Part shown: piece by piece, positions 29,858 through 40,534 of the stretch
How positions within the stretch are numbered: position 1 is the stretch's first letter
Layout of the letters: every line of letters starts with the position of its first letter
DNA from: Candidatus Falkowbacteria bacterium
Lineage (GTDB): Bacteria; Patescibacteriota; Patescibacteriia; UBA11705
Length of the DNA: 64,000 bases
Assembly (NCBI GenBank): GCA_003518055.1
Contig: DOZJ01000001.1
Span: 68,253-132,252 of the forward strand
Reading direction: 5' to 3'
Translations under genes and position numbers: made by a program
Notes under the pieces: model-generated
Database searches by the model: none
What the model was told of the DNA's origin: nothing
The model's input: only the letters and a program-made list of their open reading frames with translations

Positions 29858-32800
29858 ATGTATTTAAAACGATTGGAAATTCAAGGGTTCAAGTCTTTTG
29901 CCAATAAGACGGTTTTAGAATTCCCCGACGCCTCGCATAAAGATAAAAACGCTCGAAGTGTTACCGCGATCGTCGGGCCGAATGGGTCGGGCAAGTCGAA
30001 TACGGCTGATGCGATTCGCTGGGTGCTGGGGGAACAAAGTGTCAAGGCGCTTCGCGGTAAAAAGACCGAGGATGTGATTTTTGCCGGATCGGAAAAAAAG
30101 GCCAGACTGGGGTTTGCTGAGGTCTCGCTTCATCTTGATAACAGTGATAATACGGCCCCGATTGATTATACTGAAATTGTTATTACCAGACGGGTTTATC
30201 GTGACGGCGAAGGTGAATATTTGATTAACAAAAATAAAGTCAGGCTTTACGATATTTTGATGCTTTTGGCCAAAGCGAATTTCGGGCAGAAAACATACAG
30301 CATTGTCGGTCAGGGCATGGTGGATCAAATTATTAACATCTCGCCGTGGGAGCGAAAAGAATTTTTTGACGAAGCAACCGGAGTCAAGCAATATCAAATC
30401 AAGCGCGATCAAGCGGTAAATAAATTTAATCGATCAAAAGAAAATTTGGAACAAACCAATCAGATTTTGGCGGAACTTGAGCCGCGGTTAAAATTATTAA
30501 CCAGGCAGATTAAAAAATTGGAAAAAAGGAAAGAGATTGAAAAAGATTTGCGCGCCATGCAGCAGAAATATTATGCTAATATTTGGGGGCAAATAAAAAA
30601 AGACAAGCAAAGATACGATGAAGAATTGGCGATTAAAACAGCACTCAAAGATGATTTGGATGGACGTATGACGGCGGCACAGATTAAGTTGGCTGATTTG
30701 GCCCGGGAAGAGTCGAGAAAAGACGTCTTTAACCAGTTACAAAAAGATTACAACAAATTACAGGAAGAAAAAAACGAGATCATCAAAGAATTATCCGTGA
30801 TTAAGGGTAAAATGAGTTTGGAGTATACCAAAGTTGGTAAGCAGAATTTGTCTTGGCTTGAAGATAAGAAAGAAGAGGTTGAACACCGCGTGAGAGAAGT
30901 GAAAGAAAGCCTGCATAATTTGGAACTGAAAGTAAAACAAAAACAACAGCTATTGGCGGAGAAAGAAACCAGATTCAAGGAAATTCGCGATGAAATTATT
31001 TTGGATGAAAATAATCTTAAAAGCGCTGAGGAATCATTGGCAATGTTAAAGGGCGCAGGTCGGCAGGAGTCAATGTTTGATGCGGTACGGGCGATTTTAC
31101 GGCAAAGAGCGTTGATTAAAGGCATTTACGGTACGCTTAGCGAACTTGGTAATACTCAGGAAATGTATGAATCGGCTTTGTCGGTGGCAGCGGCAGGTAA
31201 GTTGTCGGCCGTGGTGGTGCAGAACGATGAAGTGGCAGTAAAATGTATTCAATATTTAAAAGATAATAAATATGGGCCGGTGACTTTTTTACCACTCAAC
31301 AAATTAAACGCACAAGAACCGGCGGAGAGAAGTCGTGATTTATTGGGAGCGAATGGGGCTATTGGTTTCGCGGTTGAGTTGATCAGTTTTGATCCGGCAT
31401 ATAAAAAAGCCTTTCAGTTTGTATTTGGTAATACGATTGTGGTGGATCAGGTAAACCATGCCAAGGAAATCGGCGTCGGCAGAGAAAGAATGGTGACGTT
31501 GGAAGGCGATATTTTTGAAAAATCAGGAATGATGAGGGGCGGTTATCGTCGCCGTGGCGGAGATAGATGGAAAATTATCGATCAAGATAATCGATTGGTG
31601 TCCCAAGAAGAAAAAATGAAGGAAATCGCGGTTTTGAAGTCAAAGCTGGAAGAAAAAAACAAGCAAAAAGATCGAATAAACGAGGAAATCAGCGATTTGC
31701 GGGTGGAAACACAAGTGGCGGAAACAAAATTCAAGGCTTTGACCAATGATTTGGAAGATTTACAAAAAGAAGAACGGAAAATAAGCGATGAATTGAGTGA
31801 AAATAAATTAACACCAAAAGATCAGAGTGAATTTATCAAGGGGCTGGAAGATAAGAAAAAAGATTATGAGGAGAAAATTGAGGTGCTTGATGAGAAGGTT
31901 TTATCGGTAAGAAATAAGATTGATGAGTTTAATCTGGAAGAAGAAAAAAAGAAACGGGATGTTTTTCAGCTGCAGGATGAAATGCAAAGTCTTCAACAAA
32001 AGTTGAACGATGTTAATGGGTTGATGAATAATCTGCAAATCTCGGTCGCGAAGCTTGAGACTAAGACTGAGGATTTGGAAAAAGACGTGAGGCAAGAATT
32101 TCACGAAGGCATGAGTCTTGATGACCTGAAGGCTGATACGGTGGTTAATTTGGATCAATTATGGTTTGAAATCGGGAAGTTGAAACAAAATCTGGAACAA
32201 ATTGGTGGAATTGACCCTGAAATCGTGGATGAACACAAGGAAGTGGCTGAGAGATATGAATTTTTAAGCACACAAGTCAATGATTTGGAGACGGCGATTG
32301 TTGATTTGGAAAAGATTGTGGAAGAATTGGATTTGGTGATTGATAAACAATTTAACGCGTCATTCAAAAAAATTAATAAATCGTTTGAGGAGTACTTTAC
32401 TAAAATTTTTCAGGGCGGAAAAGCGAGGCTAACATTACTGCAAAAAGAACCGGTCAAAAAGAAACGTGAGGAAGTCAGCGAAGACGGTGTGATTGAAGAG
32501 ATTGAGGTTGAGGATGAAACCGCCAAAGGTTTGGCGCAAACCGGTGTTGATATTTATGTGTCGCCGCCGAACAAAAAAGTGAACAATATTTCAGCCTTAT
32601 CGGGTGGAGAGAGGACTATGACATCATTGGCCTTGCTCTGTGCTATTATCGACAGTAATCCGGCTCCGTTTGTTGTGATGGACGAGGTAGACGCGGCACT
32701 GGATGAAGCCAATTCCGAGCGTTTTTCACAGATCCTTCAGGAATTGTCATACAAGACGCAGTTTGTGGTTATTACTCACAACCGAGTGATCATGCATGTG

Positions 32801-32896
32801 GCTGACGTGTTGTACGGAGTGGCTATGGGCGAGGATGGAGTATCAAAAACATTGTCGCTTGATCTTAAAGAGGCAGAGAAGACGGTGAAAAAATAA
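29858..32896 (+). CDS. smc: chromosome segregation ATPase SMC
   Basis: [14 protein letters not shown], hinge [23 protein letters not shown]. Confidence 0.97.
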   Translation: MYLKRLEIQGFKSFANKTVLEFPDASHKDKNARSVTAIVGPNGSGKSNTADAIRWVLGEQSVKALRGKKTEDVIFAGSEKKARLGFAEVSLHLDNSDNTAPIDYTEIVITRRVYRDGEGEYLINKNKVRLYDILMLLAKANFGQKTYSIVGQGMVDQIINISPWERKEFFDEATGVKQYQIKRDQAVNKFNRSKENLEQTNQILAELEPRLKLLTRQIKKLEKRKEIEKDLRAMQQKYYANIWGQIKKDKQRYDEELAIKTALKDDLDGRMTAAQIKLADLAREESRKDVFNQLQKDYNKLQEEKNEIIKELSVIKGKMSLEYTKVGKQNLSWLEDKKEEVEHRVREVKESLHNLELKVKQKQQLLAEKETRFKEIRDEIILDENNLKSAEESLAMLKGAGRQESMFDAVRAILRQRALIKGIYGTLSELGNTQEMYESALSVAAAGKLSAVVVQNDEVAVKCIQYLKDNKYGPVTFLPLNKLNAQEPAERSRDLLGANGAIGFAVELISFDPAYKKAFQFVFGNTIVVDQVNHAKEIGVGRERMVTLEGDIFEKSGMMRGGYRRRGGDRWKIIDQDNRLVSQEEKMKEIAVLKSKLEEKNKQKDRINEEISDLRVETQVAETKFKALTNDLEDLQKEERKISDELSENKLTPKDQSEFIKGLEDKKKDYEEKIEVLDEKVLSVRNKIDEFNLEEEKKKRDVFQLQDEMQSLQQKLNDVNGLMNNLQISVAKLETKTEDLEKDVRQEFHEGMSLDDLKADTVVNLDQLWFEIGKLKQNLEQIGGIDPEIVDEHKEVAERYEFLSTQVNDLETAIVDLEKIVEELDLVIDKQFNASFKKINKSFEEYFTKIFQGGKARLTLLQKEPVKKKREEVSEDGVIEEIEVEDETAKGLAQTGVDIYVSPPNKKVNNISALSGGERTMTSLALLCAIIDSNPAPFVVMDEVDAALDEANSERFSQILQELSYKTQFVVITHNRVIMHVADVLYGVAMGEDGVSKTLSLDLKEAEKTVKK

Positions 32897-32920
32897 TCAT
32901 TATCTGGTAAAGGAAAATAT

Positions 32921-33202
32921 ATGTCTAATTTTGAAGAGCCGTTGAAGCCAGAACAGCAACAAATGCTGATTATTATTAGTGATTTGGATCGATTGTAGGC
33001 AACAAAAAATAATGGCCGCGGTGTTTCTTGTGTCCGAAGTATAATCAGCTTGCTACGGCAGGGAGATTTGGAGGGGGCAAGGGAGTGCGCGGTGACTGAT
33101 CATGATAAAATCAGAAATTATCCCGACATAGAACGATATCTTTGCGAACAGTTGTTTGAACGGGATGACTTGCGGCGCAGGTTTTTTGAAGGTAAAAAGT
33201 AA
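32921..33202 (+). pseudogene. hypothetical gene interrupted by one in-frame TAG (32996-32998)
   Basis: SD aagga; MSNFEE..LDRL*ATKNNGRGVSCVRSII..DKIRNYPDIE..GKK; not in the ORF track. Confidence 0.65.
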
Positions 33203-33216
33203 TTTAACTTTAATAT

Positions 33217-33244
33217 AAAAAAAGAGGCGTGTGCCTCTTTTTTA
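33217..33244. terminator. bidirectional terminator
   Basis: aaaaaaagaggc-gtgt-gcctcttttttt between convergent genes. Confidence 0.8.
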
Positions 33245-33257
33245 GTCTTGAAATTAA

Positions 33258-36200
33258 TTATTTCGGTAGTTTTGATTTGGCTTGTTTAATTCGGTCGTAG
33301 AGTGGGTCTTTGGTTTCTTGGGGCAGGCCGACTTGGTCAACCATGCTTTTGGCAGTCGTAAGCATTTTTTTGGCGGCAGCAATCTCGCCGGCGGCGACTA
33401 AGGTGTCAAATTCCTGTAAACGAGAATCAAGTGTTTGAGTGATAACGTCAATGGTGCTTGGAGTTTTTTCGAGTTTTCGTGTTTGTAATTCTGCGTATAG
33501 TTTATTTTTTTCGTCTGCAGGCAGATCAACTTGGTCAATCAAACTTTTGACGGTCGCCCGAACTTTGTTGGCTTCGGCTGTTTTCCCCGCGGCCGTTAGT
33601 CGGTCATATTCTTGGAGGCGTAATTGAACTGTTTGGCTGATAGTGTCAAAAGTTGATACTTCGGTTTCATTTGGTCGGCCGCGCAGGGCAGAGACTCGGT
33701 TTTCAATCGAAGCAATTTTTGCTTGGCCGTCCTTGGTTTCTCGCGAATACAAGCCGGACATTAGATCAAGGGCGACGTCAATTTTGAAATCAGCCTGACG
33801 CGCGCGACCAGCTTTTAAATCCGCTTCTGCTTCCAGTAAATTGGTGTTGAGTTCATGCTCTGTTTGTTTGATTGTTCGTTCTAAGTTAACGAGAAGTTTT
33901 TGCATAAAACGTTCGGCTGAGTGTTTGGGGCCGACTTCCATGTTTGATGACAACATAACGTTTTGAAAAGCGGAGCCAAGTTTATCGTCAAGGAGCTTGA
34001 TGGCATCAATAAATGATTCAGCCGCTATGGCCGCGTTGAAACGGTTGACGAGGCGGAAAAAGTTTTTGACTTCGGGCAGTTTGAGTAACGATTGTTCCGT
34101 GAGAGGCTGCAAGTCCGGATCGGGCAGAGCTTCGTTTTTGGTTGTTTTATCGGAATTGTCTAAAGAGGCGTCTTTATCGGCAGGGATTTCCAAGCCTTGT
34201 TCGGCGCGGTCTTCAGCTCGGTTTTGGGCTACTTTGGCCGCGACAGCGTCGGCAGTATTGAAAGTCACCTCAGAAATTGATGTTTGGTTGTCCGGGCGTT
34301 CAGCTGAAGATTTTTGGGCGGCTGGTTTTTTTTGAGTATAGGCGTCATCATAGGCTTGTTCTGCTTTGGCCCACGAGTTGAAGGTTTTTTTGTAAAAAGC
34401 GGAAGGCAGTTCGGTGCTATCATCTAAAATCAGATTCGCGCCGGGAAGGCGGACTTCAAATTTACCATTGGCTAATGGTGAAATCCATTGTTGTTTTTTG
34501 CGGAAGGTTTCGACTTGGTCATCGAATGATTCCTCCCAGACTTTGAGATGAGCGGCGAGAGCTTTACGTTCTTTAGCCGGGAGTTTTTTTAGCTGGTGGT
34601 CAAGTTGAGCAAATTGAATTCCTAGATATTTTTCAAGCTCTGATGCTTTGGCGCCGGAAGCAAGCAATTCGGTGAATTTTTGTTCAGTCTCTGTTTGTAG
34701 ACGAGAAATGGAAGTTGGAATCTCAGCTGTCTCGGGATTTTTTGGTTCAACAGGAGCTTTTTTTTGAGCGCGGCGGAACTCTTCGGTTGCGGCGGCCACT
34801 TCATCGAAATCTATAATCGGGGCCGATGGTTGGACCTTCGGTTGTTCGGGAGAGATTAACGCTTTGATAGCCGCGATTTTGGCCTCGGCTGCGCCACGGC
34901 GGCTAGTGGGAATTTTATCAAGTAGGGTTTGAATTTCAGATGAGTTGGTGATTAACCGATCAAACTCTTTTTGTTTTTCAGTCGGAGTTTTGTCGGCCAT
35001 GAATTTTTTGAATACGGATTCAAAGTTGCCGAGAAGTTGATTTAAAACAGTGAGACGTTCGGAGTTACTTATTTTATCTGCCGCGTCATTCAGAGCGGTT
35101 TCAAATTGACGGAGTTGTTTATTGATTTGCCGTAGAGTTTGGCTGTCAAGCTGCCGAGCAATTTTGGGATCCCCAAGAATTTCATTTTCGAAATAATTAA
35201 GGTCATCAATGGCTAATTCAGGGCGTTTGGCTTGAATAACAATATCAATTCGGTTCTTGAGATTATTTAAATCCTGATTCAATTCTTGAACGATTCGCGG
35301 AGTTTCAGCCGGTTGTTTTGTTTCTGATTTTGCGCGTTCAGAAGCAAAAAACTTGTTTACATCTTCTTTGGTTTTTAACGTCAATGTATCGCCTGCGGGC
35401 GTGTTAATCTCATAACCACCACCGAGAAGACCGCTGATAGAATATCCCGGAATACTGTCATCTAATAAATCAAAATTTTCTGAACTGGTTTCAGTTTTTG
35501 GTTTGGTCTCTGATGCAGGTTCTATTTCAGTTTCCGGCTCTGGTTCAGGACCGGTAGACATAAATTCTTTGGCGGCATCAATTTGTTTTTTCATCAGGTC
35601 AAGAGCTTTTTTGTCTTGGTTGGTCAGAAAAGCACCAAAATTGTTGATAATATCCTTTTTGTCGGTTTTGAAGACTTTTTCGGCTGCTTCAGAATCACCT
35701 TGTTTGAGATAATCGGTCACTTCTTGAATTAGGTTCTCAATTTCTTCGGACGCGGCCTGACTTTCGGGTGTGGCGGTTTTTTCTTTGTCGGTCAGATCTG
35801 ACAGATCTTTTGGTTTTGGTTGGCTTTGTTCAATTTTGAGAGCTTTACCAAGTGAACCCTCAGGCGCGAGGCCGGGAACTGTCATCTTCGGGTTAATAAT
35901 CGATAGTTGCGCTAGGTCAGTTTCTAACTGCGCCAAGTCAGCGGAAATGTCAGGCGTGTCGCTGCCAATACGCTCGGCAGCAGTGGCAAGCGCGGTTGGT
36001 GTGTTTTTAATTTCATTTTGGATTACAGCCTTTTCGGTTTCAGCTCGCTGTAGACCGCGATCGATGATATTTTGAAGCGCTTCAGATTGAGCCTTGGGTT
36101 TTTGTAGAGCATCAACAATTTTTTCCCAAAAGGCTTTGCCGCCAAAAGGCCGCAATAATTTTTTTAAAACTGAAAAGGTCAGTTCGCCGCGATCAGCCGG

Positions 36201-36395
36201 TTCACCACCTTTTTCTTGTTCATGATCGCGCCAGAGATGGTTGAAATAATCGAGTGGTTGTAATGAGGTTAAAATGTCCGGAGAGGCCGGTTCATCGGTG
36301 ATTTCTTCCCCTTTGCCACCTTGAATGACTTCAAGTTTGGGGGAGGCATAATCTTCGGTGGTGGAAGGATTTTGTTGTCGGGCTGGTTCAGCCAT
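33258..36395 (-). CDS. large helical hypothetical protein with C-terminal 66-aa tandem repeat
   Basis: 1045-aa ORF; STFDTISQ... and STIDVITQ... 198 bp apart. Confidence 0.8.
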   Translation of the reverse strand: MAEPARQQNPSTTEDYASPKLEVIQGGKGEEITDEPASPDILTSLQPLDYFNHLWRDHEQEKGGEPADRGELTFSVLKKLLRPFGGKAFWEKIVDALQKPKAQSEALQNIIDRGLQRAETEKAVIQNEIKNTPTALATAAERIGSDTPDISADLAQLETDLAQLSIINPKMTVPGLAPEGSLGKALKIEQSQPKPKDLSDLTDKEKTATPESQAASEEIENLIQEVTDYLKQGDSEAAEKVFKTDKKDIINNFGAFLTNQDKKALDLMKKQIDAAKEFMSTGPEPEPETEIEPASETKPKTETSSENFDLLDDSIPGYSISGLLGGGYEINTPAGDTLTLKTKEDVNKFFASERAKSETKQPAETPRIVQELNQDLNNLKNRIDIVIQAKRPELAIDDLNYFENEILGDPKIARQLDSQTLRQINKQLRQFETALNDAADKISNSERLTVLNQLLGNFESVFKKFMADKTPTEKQKEFDRLITNSSEIQTLLDKIPTSRRGAAEAKIAAIKALISPEQPKVQPSAPIIDFDEVAAATEEFRRAQKKAPVEPKNPETAEIPTSISRLQTETEQKFTELLASGAKASELEKYLGIQFAQLDHQLKKLPAKERKALAAHLKVWEESFDDQVETFRKKQQWISPLANGKFEVRLPGANLILDDSTELPSAFYKKTFNSWAKAEQAYDDAYTQKKPAAQKSSAERPDNQTSISEVTFNTADAVAAKVAQNRAEDRAEQGLEIPADKDASLDNSDKTTKNEALPDPDLQPLTEQSLLKLPEVKNFFRLVNRFNAAIAAESFIDAIKLLDDKLGSAFQNVMLSSNMEVGPKHSAERFMQKLLVNLERTIKQTEHELNTNLLEAEADLKAGRARQADFKIDVALDLMSGLYSRETKDGQAKIASIENRVSALRGRPNETEVSTFDTISQTVQLRLQEYDRLTAAGKTAEANKVRATVKSLIDQVDLPADEKNKLYAELQTRKLEKTPSTIDVITQTLDSRLQEFDTLVAAGEIAAAKKMLTTAKSMVDQVGLPQETKDPLYDRIKQAKSKLPK

Positions 36396-36397
36396 AT

Positions 36398-36589
36398 TTA
36401 ATATAATTTTTCAATGTGATTGGTAACTTGACCCAAACGATCGGTTTCCATTTTTTTAACCGCGGTGAGGTAGATTTTTTGTCTTTTTTTTCTGATTTCT
36501 TCGAGTTTTTTTTCAAAACTGTTGTAGGATATCAAGTAAGAAAAGACTTGGGCGAGCGCGGTTTGCAGTTTGTTGGGATTTTTAGCCAT
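36398..36589 (-). CDS. small hypothetical protein
   Basis: 63 aa, 2 bp upstream of the large ORF; TGCTATAAT upstream. Confidence 0.6.
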   Translation of the reverse strand: MAKNPNKLQTALAQVFSYLISYNSFEKKLEEIRKKRQKIYLTAVKKMETDRLGQVTNHIEKLY

Positions 36590-36751
36590 ATAAAATAGAT
36601 CAGAAGTAAATTGATGGTAATATTATAGCATAAATTATGATGACACGCCTATTGACAAACGGTGCATAATTTGTTAATTTTAGAGGGATTTGGTTCATTG
36701 ACAAACCGGTGGGTGATAAAACACAACGACCGTCACTCAAAAGGAGGGCTG

Positions 36752-38617
36752 ATGGCGCTGGTTGAAGCTTCTCGAGAGGTGCGAGGTATTGGGCCGAGCG
36801 TGGCTCAGGTCAACCGAACATCTTTGAGATTGCAGCGGACTTGGCTGAGACTGAAGGATGTTTTGGGTGATTCACGGCGGTTTGAGCTGGACGAGATCAA
36901 AGCGTTAGCGCAGCCTTTTGGTGGCTGGAAGAACCATTTCGAGGTCACGTCAGAATGGCAATTGATTTTCGCGGTTAATTTGCTCGCGGCGGATGGATTT
37001 CTGCGAGTGGAAGAAGGTGTTAACGGTCAAATTTATCATGTGGTGAAAATGACAGACATCAGAACGATGCAAACATTGGTAAAGGCGAAAACAACAGATG
37101 AAATTCGGCTGCCTCGATACTTGTGGTCATTGGCAGAAAAATTGTATCAGGAAACCCGCGGTGAGGACTTTAATCTGGTTGAGCTGTGCGCTGAAATCAA
37201 TCGTCGGTCATCACTGCGTCAAGTGTTCGGATTGACACTCAAAGTATTGCGGCCGTATGTATCTTTGTTGAAAAAGAACAAGGTTATTGCGGTGAGTGTT
37301 TGTGGGGGGCAAGATGGCGATACATATACGTGGCTTAGAAATTTTGAGCCAGGCGGTGAAACTTTCACTTGCGGTTATGGGGGGAAGTCTCCAGTTGTCA
37401 AAGTGACTGAATCAGCGGTGCAGAAGCGAAGTAATCAGCCTTTCGTAAGTTCATCGGTTGAAATGATTGATCCTGATCCATTTTTGGTGCGGTTTTTGAG
37501 ACGGTTGGTTAGATTTGTTGGTTTTGATGAATTTCGTTTGAAGGAAGACGACTTGAAAGCGCTATTTAGTGGTAAGTATGATAATGTTGGCGTGAATTTT
37601 ATCACGTTTAGAGCGTATGTTTCAATGGCGGTAAGAAAAGGATGTATTTTGTGGCGATTCAGCGGATACAAGAATGGGAGAATTTACAAAGTTAATCCAT
37701 TGGTAAGGTTGACAGAACCCGAGGCTAAACTGGTTAAGACAAATACGGTGATTAGCGATTGCGGCTATGGTGATCGTTACGCCTTTGTTCTTAGGCGGTT
37801 GTTTGAATATGTGGGTGGGTTGTCTTTTCGAACCAATCAAATTACCGCTGAATGGCTTGAATGTTTTGGTTTGGAGTACAGCAATTTTAACAATTATTTG
37901 ATTCGGTTCCGCGAAGATTTATGTTTGGAGGTGATTGAGAACCGTAAAGGCCGGTCGCGGCATGTGTACCGCTGGACAACGGGTGTACGACGGTTCGGTC
38001 TGGTGCTGCCAAAAAATTTCGCTGATGTTTCAAATTTGATTCAAATTGATGAGATTGACACGGATGATCTTGGTGTGCCAGCTAGATTTGTTGAGAAACT
38101 GTGGTTTGTAACTAAAAATGGTCATGTTTTTACCTTTGATTGGTTGAAGTTGGTGACAAATGATGTTGAAGAAAGATTCGGTCTGAAAGAGCCGACCATG
38201 CGTAATTATATTCATAAAATGGTAGCGGCTGGTTACTTGGAATCAGAGAGAGATCAGAGTCAGGGATGGAAGGTGGCATGTTATCGCTGGACTGATAAGG
38301 TCAGCAATTTTGATTGGGTGCTGCCTGATAATCCGTGGGTTTTGTTGAAGCCGGAATCAGTAGAACGGGTTACGGCGGATGAATTGGCCCTGACGGCCAT
38401 TGAAACTGAACAGCTGCGTAATTTGCAGGCTCGATTCTCGGCGTCTGGGATGACAAACCGCGTTAATGACAGTATGTTTCAACGAGTACTCGAAGGAGAT
38501 CGGAGCTATTTTGGCGAACGGGTGGAGGCGTTGGGTCTCTGGCGTATGGTTGGCGAGGGGCCGCGCGGCAACATTTATGAAGTAGATGTTCAGAAGCTGA
38601 TGAGTTTTCAGGGTTAA
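36752..38617 (+). CDS. hypothetical protein with ~6 tandem winged-helix-like repeats
   Basis: aaaggagg SD; repeated L..L...F...FG(L/V)....Y(V/L/I)..G.L...G..Y.(W/V). Confidence 0.75.
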   Translation: MALVEASREVRGIGPSVAQVNRTSLRLQRTWLRLKDVLGDSRRFELDEIKALAQPFGGWKNHFEVTSEWQLIFAVNLLAADGFLRVEEGVNGQIYHVVKMTDIRTMQTLVKAKTTDEIRLPRYLWSLAEKLYQETRGEDFNLVELCAEINRRSSLRQVFGLTLKVLRPYVSLLKKNKVIAVSVCGGQDGDTYTWLRNFEPGGETFTCGYGGKSPVVKVTESAVQKRSNQPFVSSSVEMIDPDPFLVRFLRRLVRFVGFDEFRLKEDDLKALFSGKYDNVGVNFITFRAYVSMAVRKGCILWRFSGYKNGRIYKVNPLVRLTEPEAKLVKTNTVISDCGYGDRYAFVLRRLFEYVGGLSFRTNQITAEWLECFGLEYSNFNNYLIRFREDLCLEVIENRKGRSRHVYRWTTGVRRFGLVLPKNFADVSNLIQIDEIDTDDLGVPARFVEKLWFVTKNGHVFTFDWLKLVTNDVEERFGLKEPTMRNYIHKMVAAGYLESERDQSQGWKVACYRWTDKVSNFDWVLPDNPWVLLKPESVERVTADELALTAIETEQLRNLQARFSASGMTNRVNDSMFQRVLEGDRSYFGERVEALGLWRMVGEGPRGNIYEVDVQKLMSFQG

Positions 38618-38771
38618 GTTGACAGTTGGTAATAGCCAGCTGTTTTTTGTTGTAACTGTAACGGTGGAAGTAAAGAGTAAAGAGGGGGTAACTGTAACTG
38701 CAGAAGTTTGGCGGGCGGGTTGTGGTTTATTTTTTAAAACAAAAACACTAGTTGATTAGCTAGTGATTAGA

Positions 38772-40058
38772 TTATGCGCGGAAGAAGACGTCATCGATTG
38801 ATGGGCCGAGTGAGATCAGGGCGATTCGGCCAAGCTGATCTTCGATGCAGCGGATGAAGCGTTTGGCTTCGGGATCGCCAAAAAAGTCCCAGCCATCAAA
38901 CTCAATATCATTTACCGCTTTAAATTCAGCGGCTTTTTCTGCCACAAAATGGTCGAGCTTTGAGCCGTCCGGCATCAGGTAATGAGAGTTGATGTAGACT
39001 TTACCGAAACCGTTTAGCACGTCCATTTTGGTCATGACGGGGTGGGTGACTCCATCGACCGTGAAGGCATGACGAAGCTGAGCCAGATCGAGCCAGCCGA
39101 CACGGCGCGGACGGCCGGTGGTTGAGCCGTATTCATGGCCGCGGCGGCGAAGGTCTTCTGCCAGTTCGCCAAAGATTTCGGTGGGGAAAGGGCTGAAACC
39201 GGCGTCAACTCGTGTCGGATAGGCTTTGAAAATGCCATAGACGTGACGAATCGCCTGCGGCGGAATGCCGGCATAGACGCAAGCTGCGCCGGTGGTGCAA
39301 AAGGATGAGGTTACGAATGGTCTGGTGCCGTTCCCAACGCAGAGTTCGGTTCCATGAGCGATGTAGCCAACCATCTCTTCGCCGGCCTTCAAAGCATCAT
39401 TAATCAGTCCGGTTACATCTTTGTGCATATGCTTGGCAAGGACGTCACGATACTGCATCAGGAAATCATATTCTTGATCGACGGTAACACTGGGAAGGCC
39501 AAAATGGTTCAGAATCAAATTTTTGATGGTTAGACTTCTGGCCAGATTGGCGCGGAGAACAGACTCGGAGTTTTCAACCACTTCCTGAACGCAAAGAGAA
39601 TAATGCCGGCTGAAAAAGTATTCATAAGTCGGGCCAATGCCCTTGCCGGTAGTGCCGATTTCGGCTGTTCCAAGCTTGCCGCCTTTGTCGAGGCTGTCCA
39701 ACAGACGATTTGAGGGTAGAATCACTGGGCAGCGGGCGGAGATCAGGACGTTTTCAGTGGAATAACCAAGGGCGTTAATGGCGGCCAATTCAGCGGCAAG
39801 GCTTTCTGGATTGACGGTAACACCGGCAGTCAAAATGCAAATCGTGTCGTCATAGAAAACTCCTGGTGGAACGAGGTGATGCACAAATTTTTGCATCAAG
39901 CCGGTAATGAGATTTCGAACCCATGCGGTCCCACCGGCATTGTCACCACCCTGAAACCGGAGACAGTATTTGTAGCGGAAATGTTTCAAAAGGAAGTTAA
40001 TGATATTTGCTTTGCCTTCATCACCCCATTGTTCACCTTTGACAATGTCTAGCGGCAT
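38772..40058 (-). CDS. purA: adenylosuccinate synthetase homologue with divergent active site
   Basis: QWGDEGK, IGTTGKGIGP, GTRPFVTSS, TTGRPRRVGWLD, TKMDVL; NAGHT is NAGGT. Confidence 0.85.
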   Translation of the reverse strand: MPLDIVKGEQWGDEGKANIINFLLKHFRYKYCLRFQGGDNAGGTAWVRNLITGLMQKFVHHLVPPGVFYDDTICILTAGVTVNPESLAAELAAINALGYSTENVLISARCPVILPSNRLLDSLDKGGKLGTAEIGTTGKGIGPTYEYFFSRHYSLCVQEVVENSESVLRANLARSLTIKNLILNHFGLPSVTVDQEYDFLMQYRDVLAKHMHKDVTGLINDALKAGEEMVGYIAHGTELCVGNGTRPFVTSSFCTTGAACVYAGIPPQAIRHVYGIFKAYPTRVDAGFSPFPTEIFGELAEDLRRRGHEYGSTTGRPRRVGWLDLAQLRHAFTVDGVTHPVMTKMDVLNGFGKVYINSHYLMPDGSKLDHFVAEKAAEFKAVNDIEFDGWDFFGDPEAKRFIRCIEDQLGRIALISLGPSIDDVFFRA

Positions 40059-40115
40059 AGTTGTCTCCTCTCGCCTCTTGGGGCGTGGTTTGGTTGTAAG
40101 GAGCAGGACGGCGTT

Positions 40116-40144
40116 ATTATAATTTTAAGTCGGTTGTTTGTCAA
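40116..40144 (-). promoter_or_regulatory. sigma70 promoter of purA
   Basis: TTGACA-17-TATAAT on the minus strand. Confidence 0.8.
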
Positions 40145-40261
40145 TGGAGGGATACGCGATATGGGCGGGGTAAAAAAATTGGAAAAGAGAAAAAGTTTTA
40201 TAGAATCTTGGCTAAATTTTTAAAAATTAAAAATTAAAAAAATAACCGCCTAGTGAAGCGG

Positions 40262-40462
40262 TTATGATTGACTGAAATCAAGACGATTTCCTCGTCCCTG
40301 CGTACAACGAGTACAGTGTCGACTGCGGACATTGTCAAAAGCGTTATACTTTAAAAAGAAATCAAGACAGTCATTCAGGGTCATTCTTCTACCTCGTGAT
40401 CGGCAGTATAAAGAGTCATCCAGCTTGAGCGGATGTTTATCTTTAACAATATTATCAGCCAT
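40262..40462 (-). CDS. small Cys-rich protein
   Basis: aaggagg SD; C..C..CxxC; TTGACA-17-TATTGT upstream. Confidence 0.65.
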   Translation of the reverse strand: MADNIVKDKHPLKLDDSLYCRSRGRRMTLNDCLDFFLKYNAFDNVRSRHCTRCTQGRGNRLDFSQS

Positions 40463-40534
40463 CCGGCCTCCTTCGATTGATGGGATGCTTAACAATATCG
40501 TTTCTGGTCAATGGTGTCAAGAACGCGGCGCGGG

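Noticed and set aside
29858-32896. SMC shorter than typical (about 1012 aa)
   Set aside because: Head, hinge and signature motifs are intact, and arm-length variation among SMC proteins is known
38772-40058. PurZ (diaminopurine genome pathway)
   Set aside because: Asp13 in GDEGK is retained, whereas PurZ has Ser; no datZ or mazZ neighbours recognised
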